Shown here piece by piece: positions 57,091-64,000 of a stretch of DNA of 64,000 bases. How positions within the stretch are numbered: position 1 is the first letter of the stretch; the number at the start of each line of letters is the position of its first letter. Source of the stretch: Patescibacteria group bacterium UBA2773 (GTDB taxonomy: Bacteria > Patescibacteriota > Minisyncoccia > Moranbacterales > DUUL01). Location of the stretch: contig DEIN01000003.1 in assembly GCA_002352465.1 (NCBI GenBank), positions 88,933 through 152,932 on the forward strand. Reading direction: 5' to 3'. The notes under the pieces were generated by a model. That model saw only the letters and a program-made list of their open reading frames with translations. It ran no database searches and was not told the origin of the DNA. The position numbers were made by a program, and so were the translations under genes.

Positions 57091-57537
57091 CTATTCTTTC
57101 ACTTTCATAACCGTTTCATCGACGATTTTTTTCAAAATAGCCATAACATTTTTTGACATTGAAGCGATATCAATTTCGGGAAACATCAACCCAACCATCC
57201 ACGGCTTCATTTGCATAAATCGCAAAACTACCTTATCACCTTCTTGTGCAATAGTGATAGCTTTGGGCATCATTATTCCCATGTCATAACTTATAGTGGT
57301 TAAGGCTTTATGAGATTTTTCGGCATTGCATAATTGAACAATCTGATACTGAAAATTTTTTTCTAAAGGCAATTTCGCTTTTTCAAAGGTTTTTCTTAAA
57401 TCGTGAATTGCTGGAATTGAAAAATTATTTTTTAAAATAGATTTTTTTAATGCTATCAAAACTTCCCCAAAAGGAGCCTCGACTGATTGCTTATAAACAA
57501 TCTCTCCCATCATCTTTCTCACTAACATCTTTTTCAT
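57091..57537 (-). CDS. DUF302-domain protein
   Basis: NNFSIPAIHDL...YQIVQLCNAEK...GIMMP. Confidence 0.75.
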   Translation of the reverse strand: MKKMLVRKMMGEIVYKQSVEAPFGEVLIALKKSILKNNFSIPAIHDLRKTFEKAKLPLEKNFQYQIVQLCNAEKSHKALTTISYDMGIMMPKAITIAQEGDKVVLRFMQMKPWMVGLMFPEIDIASMSKNVMAILKKIVDETVMKVKE

Positions 57538-57566
57538 TTTTTTTCAAATTATTTTATTACCCTCCA

Positions 57567-57596
57567 ACCTTACCACACACCCCCTAGGGGTGTCAA
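57567..57596 (-). promoter_or_regulatory. Promoter with CsoR-type C/G-tract operator
   Basis: ACACCCCCTAGGGGTGT (57577-57593) lies between TTGACA (-35) and TGGTAAGGT (extended -10). Confidence 0.75.
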
Positions 57597-57620
57597 GAGA
57601 GATTTCAATCTTTTTTTAAA

Positions 57621-57657
57621 CAAAAACCTCGCAAACGAATTTTCTTCGTCTACGAGG
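57621..57657 (-). terminator. Terminator after the small ORF
   Basis: Minus strand CCTCGTAGACGAA-gaaaa-TTCGTTTGCGAGG-TTTTT. Confidence 0.7.
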
Positions 57658-57670
57658 GCCAAACAATCTA

Positions 57671-57760
57671 TTAAACATTTAAAATTGCAACGGTCAAAAC
57701 TATCAGCTCGACCGCACCTACCCACCACGGAAGATGAATAGTTGAAAAATTAAACGGCAT
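57671..57760 (-). CDS. 29-aa small hydrophobic peptide MPFNFSTIHLPWWVGAVELIVLTVAILNV
   Basis: Not in the track; near-perfect SD AAAGGAGGTG shortly before the ATG; own terminator. Confidence 0.65.
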   Translation of the reverse strand: MPFNFSTIHLPWWVGAVELIVLTVAILNV

Positions 57761-57856
57761 TTTTAACACCTCCTTTACTATTGATTCTTTAATTGACATT
57801 TTATGCCAAAACCCTGTTTTAAATCAGGGTTTTAAAAATTCAAAATAAAATTTATT

Positions 57857-59182
57857 TTAATAAAATTTAATCCACATGTATATCTGGGCGATAGCCACGG
57901 TGATTACCATAACAACTAATCCCACCTTCATAAAATCAACAAACTTAATCTTATACCCCGATTTCTCTGCCATTCCAGCTACTACCAAATTAGCACTCGC
58001 TCCCACCAAAGTTCCATTGCCTCCAAGACAAGCACCCAACGCCAAAGACCACCAAATCGGATTCAACCCTTCAGCGAAAACACCGTTCATTTGTTCCACT
58101 AAAGGAATCATCGTGGCTACAAAAGGAATATTGTCTACAAAAGCCGAGAAAAAAGCCGCTCCCCACAAAATCAAGATTGAAGTAATTTGAAAATCGCCTT
58201 GAGTTAATTCCAGCATTTTTTCTGCGGCCCAATTGATTGCACCAACATGTTCCAAGCCACCAACCAAAACAAATAATCCAATAAAAAAGAAAATTGTCAC
58301 CCATTCCACTTCTTCTAAAACTCGCTCTGGATTTTTTCCGTCCAAAAATAAGAGCAATCCGGCTCCAAACAAAGCAATAGTAGCAGCCTCCATCCCCAAC
58401 GCTCCATGAAAGAAAAACCCCAAAATCACCAAAGTCAAAGTGAATAAAGATTTTTTTAACAATGTTGGATTTTTAATACTTTCTTTTTCGTCTAACTGCA
58501 TTACTCGAGCCTTATTTTCCTCGCTAGTTTTAATTTTTTTACCATACCAAAACTTAAACAAAGGAATCAAAACAATTATCATAACAACAACCACTGGTGC
58601 TAAATTTTGAACAAACTCCATAAAAGTCAATCCCGCTGCACTCCCAATCAAAATATTTGGCGGATCCCCAATCAAAGTCGCGGTTCCACCGACATTACTC
58701 ATAAAAATTTCTACCAATAAAAATGGCATTGGATTAATCTTCAAATTATCGCAAATCACAAAAGTCATTGGCACCATCAAAAGCACAGTCGTCACGTTGT
58801 CCAATAAAGCTGAAAAAACCGCGGTAATAATAGCGAACATTAATAAAATTTTCCACGGATCTCCTTTGGCTATTTTCGCCGCTCGAACGGCTACGTATTG
58901 AAAAATTCCAGTATCTTTGGTGATTCCAACGATAATCATCATCCCCACCAAAAGCCCTACCGTATTAAAATCAATCGCTCCAACCGCCACGTGTTGACCA
59001 TAAAAACCCATCACTTCTCCAATAATTATCATCAAAGCTCCCCCAAAAATCGCCACAATTGTTCGATGAACTTTTTCTGAAATAATCGCTCCATAACTTC
59101 CCAAAAAAATCAACAAAGCTGCGGTCATCATTCCGCTCGTAATGTGAAATCCTTGGACTACCTCTTGTTCTACTCCATGCAT
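57857..59182 (-). CDS. ArsB/NhaD (IT superfamily) transporter
   Basis: SALLDNVTTV, GGTATLIGDPPN, SAFVDNIP, GGNGTLVGASAN; probable start ATG 59182. Confidence 0.92.
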   Translation of the reverse strand: MHGVEQEVVQGFHITSGMMTAALLIFLGSYGAIISEKVHRTIVAIFGGALMIIIGEVMGFYGQHVAVGAIDFNTVGLLVGMMIIVGITKDTGIFQYVAVRAAKIAKGDPWKILLMFAIITAVFSALLDNVTTVLLMVPMTFVICDNLKINPMPFLLVEIFMSNVGGTATLIGDPPNILIGSAAGLTFMEFVQNLAPVVVVMIIVLIPLFKFWYGKKIKTSEENKARVMQLDEKESIKNPTLLKKSLFTLTLVILGFFFHGALGMEAATIALFGAGLLLFLDGKNPERVLEEVEWVTIFFFIGLFVLVGGLEHVGAINWAAEKMLELTQGDFQITSILILWGAAFFSAFVDNIPFVATMIPLVEQMNGVFAEGLNPIWWSLALGACLGGNGTLVGASANLVVAGMAEKSGYKIKFVDFMKVGLVVMVITVAIAQIYMWIKFY

Positions 59183-59334
59183 AATAATAGTCGGCCTATA
59201 TTTTTGATGAATTTTACGTCTTGACTCGAACTTCACTCAAAACTATCGGCCTTTTTAGATTAATGATAATAATAAAACTTCCCCCAACAAAACAAAAAGC
59301 AACATCAATTGTTGCTTTTAACTTTTAGATAAGT

Positions 59335-59823
59335 TTATTTTCCAACTCCGTTATCCTTAGGATTGACTTGATTATCCTTAAAGAAAACATTGTGCAAAGC
59401 ATTTTTAATACAAGTCCGAGTAATCGCTCCAACTAACTTCTCTTCTTTATTTAAAACTGGCATAAACCTTTGTCGCCCTTTCAAAGCATAAGTCGCAGCC
59501 TCAATCATTGCATCGTCTTCAGATAAAGTATGAAAATCAGTATCCATAAAATCTTTCAACTTCAAATTTTTCAATTTATCAGCATATCGGTCGAAGGTTC
59601 CTTCAGCGCCAAACATTGAATTAGTAGGATCTTCTTCTAAATAACTAGGCACCACTTGTTTGATTAAAGTTCTTGAAGAAATCATCCCAACTGGTTTTTC
59701 ATTTTTGTCCACCACCACAATACTATTAGTTTTTTTCTCCACCATTTGCTTCACCACTTCTGGAAAAGTCTTCTCCTGAGAAATAGTATTAACCCAATCA
59801 CACATATAATTTTTTACAATCAT
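59335..59823 (-). CDS. CBS-domain pair protein
   Basis: VKNYM...IVVVDKNEKPVGMIS...KDFM...MPVLNKEEKLVGAIT. Confidence 0.88.
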   Translation of the reverse strand: MIVKNYMCDWVNTISQEKTFPEVVKQMVEKKTNSIVVVDKNEKPVGMISSRTLIKQVVPSYLEEDPTNSMFGAEGTFDRYADKLKNLKLKDFMDTDFHTLSEDDAMIEAATYALKGRQRFMPVLNKEEKLVGAITRTCIKNALHNVFFKDNQVNPKDNGVGK

Positions 59824-60115
59824 TTTTTTGTTTAGCTATTAATTTAAAATTATTTAAAGTTTTTCAAAATAAAAACCCGCTAATAAAATTATAGCAGAGT
59901 TTAGATTTTTAGCACCTCCATATAATTATCCTTTTCAAAAAAATTGTCAAGCACAAACCGCCCATCAAAAAGTTCTTAAAGTCAAAAGTTTATAAAGTTA
60001 AAAATTCATAAAATTTTTAAAGTATTGCCATTTAATGGTTTTTCTGCTTTAATACTTCTTCAAACGAAGAACCTTAATATTATTATAGATAAACGCAAAA
60101 TCAAGGAGGTAAGGT

Positions 60116-60595
60116 ATGACTAATACTAATGATGGTGAATCTCGTTGTTCTTTTTGTGGAAAGGGTCAATCAGAAGTAAAAAAACTGATTGCTGGTCCTT
60201 CTGCTTACATTTGCAATGAATGTATAGTATTATGTGTTAAATCCGGCTCAGAAGATAAACCCGTTGTCTTTTGGCAAGGAGAATTAGAGGAACTCAGCTT
60301 AAAAGACATTCAAGAAAAAATGGGACTTGAAAAAGACGCCTTTCTTTCAAAAACTCTCAAAGAATTGATCCCGAAATGTCTGGATCTTCATAAAGGACAA
60401 CTCTTAGAAGATGCCCAAAACAAGCTTGAAGCATTAGAAGAAAAATTAGAGCAAACATCTTCTAATATTCAACAGAGCCGCCAAACAATCGAGGAGACAA
60501 AACAAACCCTAGAAAATTTCACAAATAAAGAAATATCATTAGAAACCGAGATTGAGATCACTAGAAAAATCATGCGCGAAATCTCAAGATCATAA
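60116..60595 (+). CDS. Stand-alone ClpX C4 zinc-finger domain plus coiled coil
   Basis: [30 protein letters not shown]; no AAA+ domain; strong SD AAGGAGGT. Confidence 0.85.
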   Translation: MTNTNDGESRCSFCGKGQSEVKKLIAGPSAYICNECIVLCVKSGSEDKPVVFWQGELEELSLKDIQEKMGLEKDAFLSKTLKELIPKCLDLHKGQLLEDAQNKLEALEEKLEQTSSNIQQSRQTIEETKQTLENFTNKEISLETEIEITRKIMREISRS

Positions 60596-60745
60596 TCGAT
60601 AATTCCCCTAAAAACAAACTGAAATATCATTTTCAACAAGCCTGTTCAAGAATGGAAATCCTGCAGGCTTTTTTTATTTAAATTTTTAGAACATACTATA
60701 GAACGTTCTATTTTTAAAAATTATTTCGCCAGCTTTTATCGCAAT

Positions 60746-60780
60746 AATCCCCGACTAGAAAGCTTTCTAACCGGGGATTA
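60746..60780 (-). terminator. Hairpin/terminator after PEP-CTERM gene 2
   Basis: TAATCCCCG-actagaaagctttctaac-CGGGGATTA. Confidence 0.55.
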
Positions 60781-60795
60781 AATTCTTATGCTCTT

Positions 60796-61410
60796 TTATC
60801 TTTTATGTCTTCTGCTTCTTCTTACCATTCCTGAGAATGCGATGGTTCCCAGCCCAAAAAGAATAATTGTTCCTGGCTCAGGAACAGTTCTTGTCCCTTC
60901 CAACGTCACCGCAGAAAAAGGCACAAAAAATTCATCTGTCAACCGACCTCCAAAAATAATTGGTTCTATTCTGAAGGTTAAAGTATCTAAATTTTTCCCA
61001 ATTTCTTCCTGCCAAAAAGGAAACGCTGACAAATCAAATTCCCGCAAGGAATAGACTTCTCTATCAGAATTTAATGAACCATCTAACGGTTTACCGTCAA
61101 GATAAAGATTATATAATGCATTCAATCCTATCCCTCCGGTCACTACCGCAATCTTAATTCTGTTAATATCAAAACCGTTAGTTTCCGTCAAAAATCCTGG
61201 AATTTCCCATTCAAAAACCCCAGTTGCTCCAACCACTGTATCGGGGTCAAATGGTTGACCAATTAACGCCATTGCGTTTGGATTGCCAAAATAATGAGTA
61301 ACGCTAACGTTATCAAAATCGCCGCTTCCTCCTAATGGAATAGCCCCAACCAAATTTGGAAACAACAAAGATCCAATTAAAACCATTGACAATAATAAAC
61401 TTTTTTTCAC
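60796..61410 (-). CDS. PEP-CTERM sorting-domain protein
   Basis: Probable GTG start at 61410 after GAGAGGAAG giving signal peptide (M)KKSLLLS; C-terminal VPEPGTIILFGLGTIAFSGMVRRSRRHKR. Confidence 0.88.
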   Translation of the reverse strand: MKKSLLLSMVLIGSLLFPNLVGAIPLGGSGDFDNVSVTHYFGNPNAMALIGQPFDPDTVVGATGVFEWEIPGFLTETNGFDINRIKIAVVTGGIGLNALYNLYLDGKPLDGSLNSDREVYSLREFDLSAFPFWQEEIGKNLDTLTFRIEPIIFGGRLTDEFFVPFSAVTLEGTRTVPEPGTIILFGLGTIAFSGMVRRSRRHKR

Positions 61411-61643
61411 GCTTCCTCTCCCTTTTTTAATCCCTATAATAAGGGAAATTAAAATTCGGCTACTATCAAAATTAGTTCCATAACTAACTCTGAATAATAA
61501 CCAAATCCAACAAAAAATAGAAAGTCTTCTTTCTATTGTTCTCAAACTCCAATTTAACCATAATTTAAAACATTTGGCAATAGATATCTTTTGAATTTTA
61601 TTTTAAAACTTAATTCGATTATTTTTTACAAAAAAAATTATTT

Positions 61644-62723
61644 CTATTTTGGCACCTTCTCCAAATCAAATCCATCCTCATCCCAATTCAAAACCGCCCA
61701 TTCACTTTGGCCGTCATCGTTGAATTTTCCAATCAAATAATATTGAACTCCATTTATGTTGACTTCTTCCCATTCGTGAGTTTCGCCATTGACTGCCACA
61801 ATTTGTTTTTCACTATTTTCTAAAATTTGACTGACCTTTTCTTGATTAGCAATTTTATAAAGTTTTCGTTTTCCTTGATATTCAAACAATGGATGATCCG
61901 AAAAAATTGCGACTTTCTCTTTTTCGGTTGCTTTCAAGTCATTTTCCAACCAACTTAATTGAGGCTCTAAAATTTCACCTCGATCTCTTTTGTTAATTTC
62001 TATTGATTGCGCTCCTTGACTTCGTATTCCGGCAAATTGTTTTTCGTAATAATCCCGCTCAGCAATCAACTTTTCCTTGGTAATATTATTCTCTGCTAAA
62101 TAGGCTTCCAGCTCAAATGGATTTTTCAACACATCCCGCCTATTTTGATAATTATTCTTAACTTTTTCGCACCATGATTCTGGCTGACAAAGCACATTCA
62201 AATCACCATCACCAGAAACAGTATCTAAAACTATAATATGAAAATTTTTCACATCAAAAGAATAATAAGTTTCTGGGGTTTTAGCAGTTTTTTTCCAATA
62301 TTCAAATGACTTATAATCATCAACATCGTGGTCGCTTAAAACATGATAAAGAGGTGCTTTAGTTTTTAAATTATCCATCATCCACGCCAATTCTTCCGGT
62401 GCATCATTGTCACACCCCTCTAGTCGATAGCGAATATTATCTCCTAGATCAACATTAAAATCAGTATTTCGAGTATCAACATCATCTACAAAAAGCTTTA
62501 TTCTCTCAGCCGTGATTTTCCCTGGACTTCGAAAATCACATTTATGGACATCAGTAATTATTCCAATTTGAATCGAGTTTAAAAAACTTTCCTCAAGTTG
62601 TTTTATTGATTCAGCAATACTTTCATCAGTTTGATCAATTTTAATTTCTTGAGAACCGAAAGAACAACCAGAAAAAATCAAGACCCCTAAACTCAAAACA
62701 ACTAGCCCTATTTTTTTATGCAT
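61644..62723 (-). CDS. Calcineurin-like metallophosphoesterase lipoprotein
   Basis: Lipobox FSGC; TDVH, LGDN, LSDHD, SDHP, GETH (several degenerate). Confidence 0.8.
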   Translation of the reverse strand: MHKKIGLVVLSLGVLIFSGCSFGSQEIKIDQTDESIAESIKQLEESFLNSIQIGIITDVHKCDFRSPGKITAERIKLFVDDVDTRNTDFNVDLGDNIRYRLEGCDNDAPEELAWMMDNLKTKAPLYHVLSDHDVDDYKSFEYWKKTAKTPETYYSFDVKNFHIIVLDTVSGDGDLNVLCQPESWCEKVKNNYQNRRDVLKNPFELEAYLAENNITKEKLIAERDYYEKQFAGIRSQGAQSIEINKRDRGEILEPQLSWLENDLKATEKEKVAIFSDHPLFEYQGKRKLYKIANQEKVSQILENSEKQIVAVNGETHEWEEVNINGVQYYLIGKFNDDGQSEWAVLNWDEDGFDLEKVPK

Positions 62724-62736
62724 GAAGTCAAAATTA

Positions 62737-62882
62737 AAATTTACAATAAACCAATTTACAATTTACAATCAATTTTCAATGACTTAATTTTCAATTTTCA
62801 AAACCAAACAAGCGAAGCTTGTCATTGAAAATTTTTAAATTGAAAATTGATTGTAAATTGGTTTATTGTAAATTGTAAATTA
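62737..62882. repeat. Heptamer-repeat palindromic element
   Basis: AATTTACAATAAACCAATTTACAAT...CAATTTTCAATGAC mirrored by GTCATTGAAAATT...ATTGTAAATTGGTTTATTGTAAATT. Confidence 0.8.
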
Positions 62883-62890
62883 TTAAAAAC

Positions 62891-63847
62891 TCAATTACTA
62901 GAAATTTCCTCTATCTTTACGTCAATAACCCCTGCCCCTATACTCATTAATTCCGCAAACGCCACCTTATCCAAATCAATCACCTTCCCCGTCCCTGGAT
63001 CTGGTCCATAGTCATTAACTATCACAATAATTTGCTTTCCGTTGTCCTTACTCGTCACCCGAAGCCAAGTTCCTCTTGGATATTTGACCGACGCACAATA
63101 CATTCCACCTTTAAAAGCATACCAACTGGCCAAACCTTTTTGAGTGCTAGCCACTTCAATTTTCCGACCTTCCACTACAATTTTTGGTTGGGCTTCTTTA
63201 ATAATTTTTGTCACTAATTTTTTCTTACTAACTAATTTTCCATTTTTATAAACCACTTCATATTCAACTTCTTTTAAACCGTTTTCCCCTTCTTGTTTAA
63301 TTTTTTCTTTTTTCCATTCCACTTTTTTATCAGTCTTTACCACCGTTTCAAATTCAATCTCTTGCTCCTCTATTATATTCTTTTTTTCAATTCTTGTAAT
63401 TACAACTTCTGAATCATCTTTTACTAATGTTTTCAATTTTGGTTCAACTTTGTCAAAAAGATTTAAATTAATTCCCTCATCTTTTAATAATTTTTCAATT
63501 GTTCTTCTAATGGTGTTAATCTCCTTAGTCTCCCCATCCACTTTCACTGATAATTTTTTATTGCTAGTAATAAAAATGGTTGAATGAGGCTCAATCACTC
63601 TTTCTAAATCAGAACTAATCAAATCTTTCGAAGAGACAACTAATCCTTTTTCTTTTAAAAAATCACTCACACTCGAAACCTCCGTCATCGTTTGATATCG
63701 AAAACCATCAATCACCAGCTCCACCGCAATCGGATACTCAATTTCTAACTCTCGCGTTTCCCTCGAAAATTTTTGCCAAACTAAAAAACTGATCGATGCC
63801 AGAAAAAATAAAAATATTACTATTTTAAACCAAAGTTTAAATTTCAT
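62891..63847 (-). CDS. YabE/RpfB-like cell wall protein: DUF348 repeats, G5 domain and RlpA-like DPBB domain
   Basis: VDGETKEINT..TIEKLL, QEGENGLKEV, GLASWY...VNDYGP..KVIDL; probable start 63847. Confidence 0.88.
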   Translation of the reverse strand: MKFKLWFKIVIFLFFLASISFLVWQKFSRETRELEIEYPIAVELVIDGFRYQTMTEVSSVSDFLKEKGLVVSSKDLISSDLERVIEPHSTIFITSNKKLSVKVDGETKEINTIRRTIEKLLKDEGINLNLFDKVEPKLKTLVKDDSEVVITRIEKKNIIEEQEIEFETVVKTDKKVEWKKEKIKQEGENGLKEVEYEVVYKNGKLVSKKKLVTKIIKEAQPKIVVEGRKIEVASTQKGLASWYAFKGGMYCASVKYPRGTWLRVTSKDNGKQIIVIVNDYGPDPGTGKVIDLDKVAFAELMSIGAGVIDVKIEEISSN

Positions 63848-64000
63848 AGCTTTGTAAGAAGAAACAAGATACAAGAACACAAGAAACAAACAAATTAAAA
63901 ATCTCAAATTAAAACAACAGAACCTTGAAAAACCGTAAGTTTTTCGTTTTTAACTTAAGTTTTTTTAATTTCTAATTTGTTCATTCCCTTGTGTCCTTCT

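Noticed and set aside
60116-60595. Calling this gene clpX
   Set aside because: Only the zinc-binding domain is present; no AAA+ module follows.
62737-62882. AT-rich repeats as a CRISPR array
   Set aside because: Units are short and inverted, with no constant repeat and unique spacer pattern; no cas operon.
2568-63217. Many 60-150 aa ORFs overlapping longer genes (e.g. 2568, 6027, 25410, 37635, 47656, 57876, 60788)
   Set aside because: Antisense or alternate-frame shadows of well-supported CDSs, with no motifs.
1-64000. Alternative genetic code (UGA=Gly, code 25)
   Set aside because: Long genes are intact under code 11, and several end at TGA at the expected length (e.g. the RND permease, DUF2779).

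Overview
AT-rich bacterial chromosome segment using standard code 11. The gene content (two DUF4012 genes, few Shine-Dalgarno sites in housekeeping genes, in-frame palindromic inserts) suggests Patescibacteria/CPR; this is inferred. Bases 1-7.4 kb are housekeeping (mscS-like, rplS, tRNA-Leu, tyrS, argS, tRNA-Asn). From the 3' end of tRNA-Asn (7480) to about 39900 is a tandem array of three integrated segments. They are bounded by att-like junctions sharing a GGAGC core (7476, 28701, 34622, degenerate 39896). Segment 1 holds a large serine recombinase whose C-terminus is encoded antisense to the tRNA, a Type III RM operon with an OLD nuclease between mod and res plus DUF2779, a tyrosine recombinase, a foreign four-enzyme sugar-phosphate operon and a terminase small subunit. 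Both recombinases have highly structured 5' leaders. Segment 2 holds a recombinase remnant, an R-M-S fusion and a HEPN-motif protein. Segment 3 is a TetR-MFP-RND efflux module. The right part has envelope and glycan genes, rsmA, a CsoR/CstR-like operon, an unannotated 29-aa peptide, two PEP-CTERM genes and a stand-alone ClpX zinc-finger protein. All calls come from motif recognition by eye; no searches were run.
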